NCBI GenBank assembly: GCA_009914755.4
Contig: CP086569.2
Span: 19,744,001 to 19,808,000 of the forward strand
Source: the human T2T-CHM13v2.0 reference genome, Homo sapiens
Direction: 5' to 3'
DNA: 64,000 bases
Shown: piece after piece, positions 13,141 through 24,423 of the stretch
How the letters are laid out: each line of letters opens with the position of its first letter
Position numbering within the stretch: the first letter of the stretch is position 1
Translations under genes and position numbers: made by a program
The notes under the pieces: model-generated
Seen by the model: the letters and a program-made list of their open reading frames with translations, nothing else
Told to the model about the DNA's origin: nothing
Database searches by the model: none

Positions 13141-13426
13141 TTTTATTTGACATGGAGTATTACCCTGTTGCTCATGCTGGAGTGCAGTGGCCTGATCCAA
13201 GGCTGCCAACTTCACCTCCTGGGTTCAAGCGATTCTCCCACCTCAGCCTCCGAAGTATCTGGCATGACAGGTGCTTGCCCAAGAACCTGGCTAATTTTTG
13301 TATTTCTAGTAGAGGCGGGGTTTCACTGTGTTGGCCAGGTTTGTCTCCAACTCCATATCTCAAGTGATCCATTTGCCTTGGCCTCCAAAATGCTGGGAAT
13401 ACAGATGTGAGCCACAATGCGTAGCC
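13141..13426 (-). mobile_element. Alu SINE (minus)
   Basis: …GCTCATGCTGGAGTGCAGTGGCCTGATCCAAGGCTGCCAACTTCACCTCCTGGGTTCAAGCGATTCTCC … CAAAATGCTGGGAATACAGATGTGAGCCACAATGCGTAGCC. Confidence 0.85.
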
Positions 13427-13540
13427 TTAGTACAGTTTTTGAATTCAAATTTTAAATGTGCTGAGTTTCTTCATACACAACCAAATTTTACTTATCAGCC
13501 TTATGAATGTATTTATTTACATACTTATTTTTTAGAAGTA

Positions 13541-13812
13541 GGGTCTCTCTCTGTCACCAAGTCTGGAGGGCATTGGCATAATCTCAGCTTACTGAAACAT
13601 CTGCCCCTCCTGGGTTCAAGCAATTATGCTACTGCAACCTTTCAAGCAGCTGGGATTACTGGCACACACCACCACATTCTGCTAATTTTTTTTTTTTTTG
13701 ATAGAGTCTGGGTTACTCTTGGTGGGCAGTGTTGTTTTCAATCCGGAGCTCATGTCATCTCCCCTCTTAGGCTGCCCAAGTGCTGTAATTACAACTGTGA
13801 GACACTGTGCCT
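13541..13812 (-). mobile_element. Alu SINE (minus, more diverged, AluJ-like)
   Basis: GTCACCAAGTCTGGAGGGCATTGGCATAATCTCAGCTTACTGAAACATCTGCCCCTCCTGGGTTCAAGCAATTATGC … internal poly-T linker … GCTGCCCAAGTGCTGTAATTACAACTGTGAGACACTGTGCC. Confidence 0.8.
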
Positions 13813-15369
13813 TGTCTGGAATTCTTTTTTGATATATCTTTCTCTAACTTTCTAATAATTATATACTTCTACTTATCGTGTACTTAGCAATTGTAAAATT
13901 CTTATAACAGGAATTAATCCCACTCAAACAACTAAATGGTTTCTGCTAACATAAAATAACAATGTAAAATATTTTCTTTAAAGGAAATCCAGTTGAAAAC
14001 ATATTCATGTTCTTAGAGTAGACATAATTATTGATATATACTGTAGCAGAAATATGTATAAATGCTTGCCCAAAATATCTGTTTAACAGAATTTTAAGTG
14101 CACTTTAGTCATGATTGTAAGGACAGTGAAAATTTAGTTTATTTACATTTTTAAATACTACTTTTAAAAAGTTGTAATTGAATAACATTTGATGTAAAAC
14201 ACTTAGAGATTAATTACATGATCAAGAAAGAAATTTTATTATTTTAACTCAAACTTTTTGTAATTTATCTAATAGTGTAAGAAAGAGCTTGTATTTTGCT
14301 TTGTTAGCATAGTTGTAATCTTATCTTTTCTGAAGGAATTTTCTTAATCTCTTATTCATAAATATATTATAACGTATCATTTAAACATTGCTATAAAACT
14401 GTGTCTAATTAGTAACATTTTATTTTCTTAAGGTATTTAATATGCAGGATTGATTGCACTCTATAAAATTCACCCTACTCCCAGTTTCTAGAAATCACTG
14501 GTAAGATTACTTAGTTTATATAATCTACTTCGGTTTGTTAATTATAACTGAATAGCTTTATAAAGGTAAACTATTTCCTTTTAACAGGTCTCAGGATCTG
14601 ATAAAGAAAACCAAAAATATAGGAGCCTACATATTTGTAAACTATAGCAAGGTTTTTCTATGTACTTTTCCTTATAAAGTAATAAAGCTAATTTTGAGGG
14701 AGAAGAGTAAGAAATTTAATTAGATTTAAATTACATGTTTTTCCTTGCTGACCATATCTTACTTTTTAAACAATAGTTCACCTGTTCTGCAGGTCATTAT
14801 TCCCATGTTTTCATTTTTGTAATAACTTTCAGATAGTCAAATAAGAAAACTTCAGACGGTATCAAGGGCCCTACAGACACACTGAAAGATACTGTTTGTA
14901 AAAATATCCACTATTGGGAACACTTCTTAAAAAAAAACAAAAAACAAACCAAAAAAAACTTCAAAAATCTGACTTTTAGGCCAAGTGTCTTTGTATACTA
15001 GGTATGCCTCTCAAGTACAATTGATAGAGTATTAACTGTATTAATATGTCATTAAAGAAGAAAATATGTGTTCAGTAATGTGTAATATAACTTCTGTTAT
15101 ATATAAGCACCATCCACTGTAACTCTTTGTGATGGCGGAAATGTCTTTATCTATACTGTTTAATGTGGTAGCTGCTAGTCTCATGCGACTATTGAGCAAT
15201 TGAACAGTAGCTAGTGTAACTGAATAATTCAATTTTTAATTTATATTTAATTAGCTCCATGTGCTTATTGACTATCACAATGAACAGCATAATTCAAAGG
15301 TATATAGTTAGTAGCTATTGCTTAATTTTTACTTCAAAAGAAAAGGAGATATTACAGAACAATCTATGG

Positions 15370-15658
15370 GGCAGGAAAAGTGCCTCATGCAGGACTTTGG
15401 GAGGCTGAAGCAGGAGGAACACTGAAGGCCTGGAGTTAGAAATCAGCATGGCCAACACAGTGAAACCCCATCTCTACTACAAATTCAAAAATTTGCGAGG
15501 TGTGGTGGCAAGTGCCTTTTATCCCAGCTATGCTAGAGGCTGAGGCAAGATAATCACTTGAACCTGGGAGGGGATATTTGCAGTGAGCTGAGATCATGTG
15601 ACTGCACTCCAGCCTGGGTGACCTAGCTAGGTGCCATTTTACTCCCCACCAAGGAAAT
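15370..15658 (+). mobile_element. Alu SINE (plus)
   Basis: …CAGGACTTTGGGAGGCTGAAGCAGGAGGAACACTGAAGGCCTGGAGTTAGAAATCAGCATGGCCAACACAGTGAAACCCCATCTCTACTACAAA … GTGACTGCACTCCAGCCTGGGTGACC. Confidence 0.85.
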
Positions 15659-15762
15659 AAAGAGAGAGAGAGAGAGAGGGAGGGAGGGAGGGAGGAAGGA
15701 AGGAAGGAAGGAAGGAAGGAAGGAAGGAAGGAAGGAAGGAAGGAAGGAAGGAAGGAAGGAGA
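15659..15762. repeat. compound (GA)n-(GGGA)n-(GGAA)n microsatellite abutting the Alu tail
   Basis: agagagagagagagagagggagggagggagggaggaaggaagg…, with about 18 consecutive GGAA units. Confidence 0.9.
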
Positions 15763-18399
15763 AACTGTGGTAACACTTCTCACACTTCTCATGCTGTGGC
15801 ACCAACTTTGGGGGTCTGTCCCTTGCAGACCCCTGAACCCGCAACGGATGAATAAAGTACACTGAAACATAAATATTCTGCTTTGCCAGTCCAGCTGAAG
15901 CTGAGTGTCTGAGCCACTTACAGACTCCAGTAGAGTTTTGTAAACAGTGGCAACAGTGGCCCTGACCAGCAAGTGAAACTCACACTTATCAGTAAAGATT
16001 AATTGACAAAGACTTGAGTCAACATCACTGGGGCAACACTGACATTGCGGACTTCCCTAAGCACTTAAGCACCCAGGGTACCTCAAAGGTTAGTCTTCAG
16101 ACCACATGAGTAAACAAGCTAGCTGCATAACCTCCCCACATTCCTTTGTCAGTACTTTAATTTATTTAACTAAAGGTAAAGAAAGTCACCTTCAACCGTA
16201 TCTATTACTGAGGTTATGCAAAGTCTCTGGCCTTCCAAGATGGTTTGTGGCTATTACTATAATTATCTTTAATATTTTTCCCCCCAGACTGACTGAGCCC
16301 CCTAACAGGAAAGAATCTATACATTTACTATATTACATTATCTTTAGAAATAGTCTTTCTATCTTTACAGAGTCTCTTTACATCCATCTCATTCAGAAAG
16401 ATATCTGGGTGACAACCCTTACCAGCTTTACCTAGCATCCCAGTAAAATTTCTGGAAGTCAGAAAAATGATGAGTAGTGCTAGTCATCCTAGTGGCAAAA
16501 TTTGGATAGAACCCTTAGCTAACAATAAAATAACTTCTGGTAAATTAAAATCATTTTAAAAAGCAATGGCTTCTAATTAAACAACAGAAAACTTATAGGA
16601 AGATATATTGTACTGAACTGTCTTCTGCCCCCTGAGTCAGAGACCTGTGATCTTATCCTATTTTAGTATATCTACACTCAGGAGATGCTAAGCTGTAGAT
16701 ACTAACAGTACTTTCCTCCTAGACTCTAGTCACCCGTTCTTCCCCCTCTTAATATTTCGTTTGACAGCCAAAGATACACAGACAATGATATGCACAAATT
16801 TTGGATGAAGAAAGAAAATTTGGACACTGACACTTTGCTTTCTGAAAGTTAAAATCCTTATCTATAATTGGCAAAAGAATAGACACATACATCAATGGGA
16901 ACAGATATAGAGAATCCAGAAATAGATTCACACAAATATTGTCAATTAATTTTTTTTAACAATGGTTCAAAGGCAATTCAATAGAGGAAAGATAGTCTTT
17001 TGAATATGTGGCTCTGAAATAATTGAATATTCATGTGCATGGAAATGAACCATAAATCTAAATGTAAATTGCAAAACTATAAAATTTCCAAATAAAAACA
17101 AGAGAAAGTCTATGTGATCCTAAGTTTCATGATGTGATATAACACCAAAAGCAAGATACATAAAAGAAAAAAATTGAGTTAGACTTAATTGAAATTAAAA
17201 CATCTCTGTGGAAGACACTGTTAAGAGAATGAAAAGACCTACTGTCAAACCCATAAAGTTTTACATCACCAAGAATAAACATTAGTGTTTGCAAATGTTG
17301 GTCTGCTGATCCCTGGATAGAATGCAGACTGTGTCAAAACAATCTAACTGTAATCCACTCACTGAAGAGGATGGGGATGGGGATGAGGTGCTGAGCGACT
17401 AATGTTTTTAGTTTCAAGAAACTAAAAATTTCAAAAATAATTTACGCTTCTCGTTTAAAGCAAAGTTTCAGATTATTTGGAAGGATATAAAGTGAAAGCA
17501 AACTAGCAATTTGTGCCCATGTTTTCTAATCTGACTCTCAACTGATAACTACAATTTTAATAATTTTGTTTCTTGGTTATTTTTGCAGAATTGATGGAGT
17601 TTAAAACTCTATGTATTTCTAATTAAAACACACAATCAAATAAAATTATATTATAGATCCTTTTGGCAATTTGCTTTTTCTATCAACCAATATATCTATC
17701 TGTAGCAGTATATTGAGACTCATTATTTTTAAAGTAAATATTTAACCCCCTATTAATGGAGATTGAGTTGTCTTATTGTATGCTTTTTTCCAATAGAGGC
17801 AACCAGTATGCAGTGTGCACGCTCTGTGTGCTTGTAAAAGTACAGCTGTGTGAATTCATGGAATTGGAATGAATAGATTACTGCATTTTGAATATATGTA
17901 AGCACTGACACATTCCTCTCCCAAGTGAATGAGCACAGCTATACTTCCACTCCATTCCCAACATTAGCATTATCAAAAGTTTAATCTTAATGGTGTTATA
18001 GGGAAAATAATGGTTTCTTCGCTTTATTAATTTGCATTTATGATTTTGTTCATGTTTATTCAACATCTGATAATCTTGGTTATCTTTGTTTGACATTTTA
18101 TTTTTTCTACAATCTGTCCATTTTTTTCACATTTTTCAGTTTTGTTTTCTTTTCTTTTAACTGATTTGTAAGAGCTCTTTAACGATATTACAATGTTGTA
18201 ACTTTAGTCCTGCTTATGCCTCCATATTACTGCAACTAATTTTTGAGTGTATGTTTTTCTATTTTATGCCACATGTAAATTTTTAAATTTTATGTAGTGA
18301 GATTGATGAATATTTCTCCTTATTGTTTCCAGGTTTTGTATCATGCTTGGGAAGGACTTCTTGAAGATTTATTCTTAAAAGCTATTACCAGACAAAGCT

Positions 18400-18562
18400 G
18401 CTCATTCTTGTGATCCCAGCCCAGGCAGGAGGATCACTTGAAGCCATGAGTTTGAGATCAGCTGAGGCAGGCAACATAGGAAGACCCTGTCTCCACAAAA
18501 TAAATGAATGAATAAATAAATAAATAAATAATCTGCGTGTGGTGGATGTTGGTAAATGCCTG
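18400..18562 (+). mobile_element. Alu-derived fragment (left monomer, FLAM/AluJ-like)
   Basis: GTGATCCCAGCCCAGGCAGGAGGATCACTTGAAGCCATGAGTTTGAGATCAGCTGAGGCAGGCAACATAGGAAGACCCTGTCTCCACAAAATAAATGAA… followed by a (AAAT)n linker and …TGCGTGTGGTGG. Confidence 0.6.
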
Positions 18563-21378
18563 AGTATTTTCAACACATAGAAAAGTTGAAACAATTCTAG
18601 TCAACACTTACATACCTACCACCTAAATTTCACTATTACATTTGTATTATATATACTTCATCATTTTTATCTGTCCATCTATTCATCTATCTTACTTTTT
18701 TTTTATATTTCAAAGTAAATTGATGACACGTATGCTTTCCCCTAACTATACTCTTTACTTTTGAACCAGAAATCTGACCTCTTACACACCTGATCATGCT
18801 TCTGTGTCCTAATTTTATGTGTTACTTTTTAATAGCTGACAACCTTCAGCTTATTGATGATCAACTGACAGTTGCTTACCCTTAGAATACAAAGTTTGAG
18901 TCTTTAGAAACAAAGCTAAATGAATATAAGAGAGAAATAGAAAAGCAACTTCTGGCAGAAATGTGTCAAAAGGTAATCTGTATCATGTTGCAGTTAACAA
19001 GAGTCATGTTTTTGTCATCTAAAGACTTAATCTTAGGTATATTAAAAAATACTTGGAACTTTTATTAAAAAATGGAGTACTTCAGTGTTGTGCAAATCAA
19101 TTTTTTCTGATGAGATTTGTTTATGCCTTTGGATTGAATTCTACAAATACAGTAAATGATATAAAACTATAGATTAAATAAATATAACGTATTTGGACAG
19201 AACATTAATGTAGAGCCTAGCTGTAGAGAGAGAATCTGTTACTGTTCTTATAGTATAACGATTGGAGCTTTTATTTTTTTGTAATAAATTTGCAGTTGAA
19301 TTTTTCATGGAAGTGATAAGAGTATGAGACAGAATTAGCTATGTTCTGAAGTTTTGAGAAAGCTTGTCAAGCAGAATCTGAAGCCTTCATTCCTTGAGAA
19401 AAGAGTATCCTTGAGAGAAATCAAAAGCACCAAGAAGTTGTATTTAGAAAAAAATTTACTGAATGGCTATTTTCTACAGCTATTACTGGATTGACTCAAG
19501 ATCCAGGAATGAGATGTTTCAAATGATGGAACAAGGCCCCTGAAGAGCAGTAGGGACATTGGCGAAGAGTGCAAAAAAAAAGAATGATGGGCCTTGAGAA
19601 GGCTACACCAATTTGTGTCCTTTGAGGCTGGTGGAGAGACAAGAATTGAAGAGGTGACCAGTCAAGTTGGAATTATGAGAAACATAATTCCGCTCACTCT
19701 AAAATTTTCTATAGCATTTCTGGAAATAGTGGTTGCTTCAGCTATAAAGATGCTTCATCTTCTCAGGCAAATTAAGGAGACAGATCAAGGGTTTCAGGAG
19801 CAACTTGGAGGTGCAGAGTAGCTCTTATGGATAAGGTAAGAACAGCTTTTTAAAGGAGAGTGCACCGATTACCTGTACTGATGGCCCAGCTGTGGTTAGG
19901 GTAACCAGGAATTGAGAGAGACAAAACCACATGTTTGTAGGTGAGTTTTCTGTTCTACCTCTGGGAAGGAATTTTAAGGGTCTCTCTCTGCTGCCCCTTT
20001 CAGTGAGGGTGGAAAGATGGAGATACGCGGGAAGTGGAGCTTTGCAGAGCATACTTCATTTTCCTTGAGAAATGCAGCCTATTTAATTGGAGATTCTGTG
20101 GTTCTCCTGTGTAGTGAAGGTAAGCAGAGAAGATGGCAAGTGGCTGGTAACCTAGGGGAAAAGGGAGGTTTGGGCGGCAGTCTCAGTGATCAAGAACTAG
20201 ATCTGGAGAGATTGGCAGGTGGAAGAATAAAGATCATCCAGGAGTGCAGATTTGCAGAGTGAGGTATCAGGTGGAGACTGGAAATCAAAGGCAGTGGGCT
20301 GACATTGGATGGAGACATGAAAATGCGCAAGAGTAAAGATCCCTGGGGTGAGGGAGTCACCAGGGCCCCAAGGGTCATCCATGTGGCCATTTGATCTCAT
20401 CACTGGGAAAGTAACTGCAAAGGAGATTAAGATGATGAGGAGTGGCAGGGAGTTTATGTTGGCTGCTCCTTTAAGATATCTTATTCCTTTTCCAAGTGTG
20501 TGTCTTAGACGTGACGGTATTTACAGCAGTATTTCAAACATACATCTAAAACAGCTGCTGCTAGATGTTAAAAGTAGAAAAGATTCCCCCTAGTGCCCAC
20601 ACTTGCTTGAAGCTTCTCAATGAGACATAGTTGTTTAATGCTAAGGGCACCCACTCTAAAATTTTCTATAGCATTTCTGGGAATAAGGCTTTCTTCAGCT
20701 ATAAAATTGAATATTGGATGCATAGATATTTGAGGTGATTACATTGTATTTAGACTAATAACTTCATCTTCAAGATAGGTGACTGACTAGAATTCTGTTT
20801 ATTCAAATTAGAGTATCTGAAGCCTTTGAGGAAGATTCTCATTCTCATAAAACCCAACATGACTGTGTTTCCTCACCTGGAATGTCAATCTCCTCCTCTC
20901 CTTGATAAAACCATAGTGTCATTCAAGGCCCAGCTTGGATGTCACTGTTGTGATGCCTTCTCTGACTCCCACTGAGCAGCTCATTTATGGCTCATTCCTA
21001 CATGCAGTCATTATTACCTCAGTTATAAAATTATCCTATCTTAGTTTGATTGTTTCTCCCTGACTATACTGTGAGGTCTTCAGAGAGGAGGACTGTATCT
21101 GTCTACATTTTTATATCCATTCCCAGTATGCTGCTTGATATATGATACATAGTTAATAAATTTCTGCTCTGTGAAGACATAAGTGGAAGGTTGGCTTATT
21201 CATTTACTGGTTCATATGAGCTTGCTAACTCTGAGTCACAATGACTCATGAACTAAAACATTCAGAAAGCACCATCACAAAAAATGATGGGGATTTTATT
21301 ATTTTGGAGTTTTATTTCTAAATGTACATTTTATTTATTTTTTTCCCTGAAGAACTTACCAGATTTTAGTTAAGGGGA

Positions 21379-21662
21379 CCAGGTATGGTGGCTCATACCT
21401 GTAGTTTTAGCACTTTGAGGGGCTGAGATGGTGATCTCATTTGAGCCCAGCGGTACACCACCAGCCTGGGCAGTATGGCAAAACACCATCACTACAAAAA
21501 AATTAGCTGAACTTGGTGGTGTGTGTTTTTAGTCTCAGCTACCTAGAAAGCTGAGATGGGAGGATCCCTTGAGTCTGGGAGGCAGAGTTTGCAGTTATCC
21601 GAAATCACAACACTGGATCCAAACCTGGGCAACAGAGCAGAACCCAGTCTCCCCAAAAAATT
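21379..21662 (+). mobile_element. Alu SINE (plus, AluJ-like)
   Basis: CCAGGTATGGTGGCTCATACCTGTAGTTTTAGCACTTTGAGGGGCTGAGATGG … GGGAGGCAGAGTTTGCAGTTATCCGAAATCACAACACTGGATCCAAACCTGGGCAACAGAGCAGAACCCAGTCTCCCCAAAAAA. Confidence 0.85.
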
Positions 21663-21805
21663 ACACAAGGGACTGAAATATGTTAATTAAATAGCATAAA
21701 TTACACAAGGGGTGTTAAAATATATGGAAATGTAGTTTAACAGAAATTGAGAGACTAAATATTTATGAAGCTGGAATAGATAGTTGAGGAATACATTGAA
21801 GTGGA

Positions 21806-22103
21806 TTTTTTTTCTTTTTTTTTTGAGATGCAGTTTTAATCTTTTGCCCAGGCTGGAGTGCAATGGCACTACCGTGGCCACTGCAACATCTGCCTCCCAG
21901 TTTCAAGTGATTGTCCTGTTTCAGCCTCCCAAGTAGCTAGGATTAGAGGTGCCCACCACTGTATCCAGTTAATTTTTGTAATTTTTGTAGAAATGTGGTT
22001 TCACGATATTGGCCAGGCTAGTCTCAAGTTTTGACCTCAGGTGATCGGCCTGTTTTAGCCTCCCAAAGGGCTAGGATTACAGGAGTGAATCACCGTGCCC
22101 AGC
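21806..22103 (-). mobile_element. Alu SINE (minus)
   Basis: Opens with a poly-T head, then GAGATGCAGTTTTAATCTTTTGCCCAGGCTGGAGTGCAATGGCAC … CTCCCAAAGGGCTAGGATTACAGGAGTGAATCACCGTGCCCAGCT. Confidence 0.85.
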
Positions 22104-22234
22104 TGAGTTGGAATAATTTGAAGGTAAACTTGTTATTCTCAATTTCTGTATATTGGTTTTTGGAATTTAGGAAGCACTATATTTATTTAAATTTGTTATG
22201 TTTTCATTAACTTGCTGCCTAAAACTTAATGCCT

Positions 22235-22526
22235 TTTTTTTTTTTTTTTTGAGACAGATCTTGCTCTGCCACCCAGTGGAATGCAGTGGCATAATCTTGG
22301 CTCACTGCAAATTCTGCCTGTCAAGTTCAAGCAATTCCCTTCCTCAACCTCTTGAGTAGCTGGGATTATAGGCATCTGCCACAACACCCAGCTAAGTTTT
22401 GTATTTTTAGTAGAGATGGAGTTTTACCATCTTGGCCAGGCTAATCTTAAACTCCTGATGTCATGACCTACCTGCCTCAGCCTCCCAAAATGCTGAGATT
22501 ACAAGCGTGAGCCACCAGAGCCAGCC
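22235..22526 (-). mobile_element. Alu SINE (minus)
   Basis: TTTTTTTTTTTTTTTTGAGACAGATCTTGCTCTGCCACCCAGTGGAATGCAGTGGCATAATCTTGGCTCACTGCAA … CTCCCAAAATGCTGAGATTACAAGCGTGAGCCACCAGAGCCAGCC. Confidence 0.9.
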
Positions 22527-23695
22527 AAAATTAATGCTTTTTACAGATTGAAACAAGAAAATTCATGCTCAAAGCCTTCTTTTACTAAAAGATATAGATT
22601 TGCTAAGAGAAGGAAAAGCAGAGCTGAAGCAGACAGTTGAAGATTTTGGATTGCCTGTATGCATGATTATTTTAGACATTCAGAATGATGAGATTAAAAA
22701 GAATTACTAAATATATATCTAAATGTTCTAATGTTTATTGCCAGGTGGAGTTGTTTTTTATAAAGGTGATATCACACAGCATTAGAAGTTACACATTAAG
22801 AGAAACAAACACTAGGGCTGTGCTTTTGAAATATTGAACATTAAGATGAAAGGCAGAATGAGATGCTATCACCAGGCTACAGTAACATCAAACAGAAAAT
22901 TTGGAGAAGCTGTTAATACTTGAACAGGTCATATGTTTTTAAAGTTAACTTCAGTCCTCCTGGTTTGATAGTTTTGTGTGTTTATGTATTGGAACTGGAT
23001 TTCAAATATCTAGGCCTGTGGCTTTTACCAGTTCTGTGCTCAAAAAAAGGAAGTATTGTGGTTTGACTTGACTTGTACTGGATGAAAGTGTTTCTCAGTG
23101 CTATTCAGTTTTTCTACGTGCTCACAGATGTTTCATCCATATGTTACCTGGGATTGACAGCAAGGTCACCTGTCTATAGTTTGCACAAGAAGTCTTTTCC
23201 ATGGGGAATGTGCCGTTAATTGACACCCATAGATACTTTAGGAATTTTTGCTCATTAAAGAATTTGTCTCCATTTTATTTAATGTTGTTTTCTCACTTCT
23301 ATAGGTTTGATTTTTTTTATTTCAGCTAGCTGTGTACCTTACTCTCATTTTGGCAATAATGAAAAGGTAAATTAATCCAGAGAGAGAGAAAAAAAAAAAG
23401 AGAAACAACATTTAAGCGGAGAGAGTGTGTCACTTTTTTCACCCTCAATTTCTCTACTTCTTTTCCATTCTTTCAGCATATGTACTAAATTCAATGTAGT
23501 TTACCTCTTCATGGCTTTCCAGATAACCAGCAGAGGGAGCTAATACCTGGAGTCTTTAACCGTTCTTAGACTAGTCAGTGTTGTGCAGTACTTCTTAGGA
23601 TGGCTGGATCTCATCACCTGTGAATCCACCTCCCTGGCTAGGGAATTGGTACAATTGGTGATTTGAAGTCTCACTATGAAGATCATTTTATTCTT

Positions 23696-23830
23696 AAGCG
23701 CTTGAAAGCCCTGAATGACCCATATCTTTTGCCCTCTCTTTGGGAACTTGATGAGTATTCTTAAGCACTTGAAAGCCCTGAATGACCCATATCTTTTGCC
23801 CTCTCTTTGGGAACTAGATGAGTATTCAAT
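23696..23830. repeat. tandem duplication, 2 x about 67 bp
   Basis: GCGCTTGAAAGCCCTGAATGACCCATATCTTTTGCCCTCTCTTTGGGAACTTGATGAGTATTCTTAA is immediately repeated as GCACTTGAAAGCCCTGAATGACCCATATCTTTTGCCCTCTCTTTGGGAACTAGATGAGTATTCAAT, with 3-4 mismatches. Confidence 0.9.
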
Positions 23831-23835
23831 CAATA

Positions 23836-23996
23836 GTTTTTTTTGTTTTGTTTTTTTTTTTTTTGGTAAGTTGGTGGTGGTGGTGCTGTTTTGGTTTTAA
23901 GAGACAAGGTCTTGCTATGTTGTCCAGGCTGGTCTGATACTCTTGGACTCAAGTGATTCTCTTGCCTCAGCATTCTGCAAAGCTAGGATTATAGTT
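23836..23996 (-). mobile_element. Alu monomer-sized fragment (minus)
   Basis: Opens with poly-T, then …GAGACAAGGTCTTGCTATGTTGTCCAGGCTGGTCTGATACTCTTGGACTCAAGTGATTCTCTTGCCTCAGCATTCTGCAAAGCTAGGATTATAG. Confidence 0.6.
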
Positions 23997-24140
23997 GAAA
24001 ACTGGATACACCAAACTTGGCTAAAGCTGATAGAATATTAAGCAAGAAAAAAGAATTGTACCTTAAATATCCATGAGATTATTAATTAAATTCCAGACTT
24101 ACAAACAGCATTATAAAAGATTCAAATACATAAGTACACT

Positions 24141-24423
24141 TTTTTTTTGAGATGGAGATTTGGTATTGTTGCTGAGTGCAATGGTGCAATCTCACCTCAC
24201 TGTGAATTCTGCCTCCCGAGTTCAAGCGATTCTCCTTCCTCAGCCTCTTGAGTAGCTGGGATTACAGGTGTGTGACAACATGCCTGGCTAATGTTGTACT
24301 TTTAGTAAAAATGGGGTTTCACCATGTTGTCCAGGCTGTTCTTACACTCCTATTATTAGGTGATCCACCTGCCTTGGCCTCCCAAAGTGCTGGGATTACA
24401 GGCATGAGCCACAGCTCCCAGCC
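24141..24423 (-). mobile_element. Alu SINE (minus)
   Basis: TTTTTTTTGAGATGGAGATTTGGTATTGTTGCTGAGTGCAATGGTGCAATCTCACCTCACTGTGAATTCTGCCTCCCGAGTTCAAGCGATTCTCC … CCCAAAGTGCTGGGATTACAGGCATGAGCCACAGCTCCCAGCC. Confidence 0.9.

Noticed and set aside
13328-13855. 175-aa ORF on the plus strand
   Set aside because: It runs across two minus-strand Alu elements (13141-13426 and 13541-13812), so the translation is antisense Alu sequence.
15436-15972. 178-aa ORF on the minus strand containing the SFLPSFLPSFLP repeats
   Set aside because: The translation is of the Alu at 15370-15658 plus the (GGAA)n microsatellite. The periodic peptide is the repeat read in frame.
17000-17420. Possible old L1M 3'-end-like sequence (…GATACATAAAAGAAAAAAATTGAGTTAGACTTAATTGAAATTAAAACATCTCTGTGGAAGACACTGTTAAG…)
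   Set aside because: It shows only a vague resemblance to LINE 3'UTRs and I could not anchor it to a consensus, so I did not call it as a feature.
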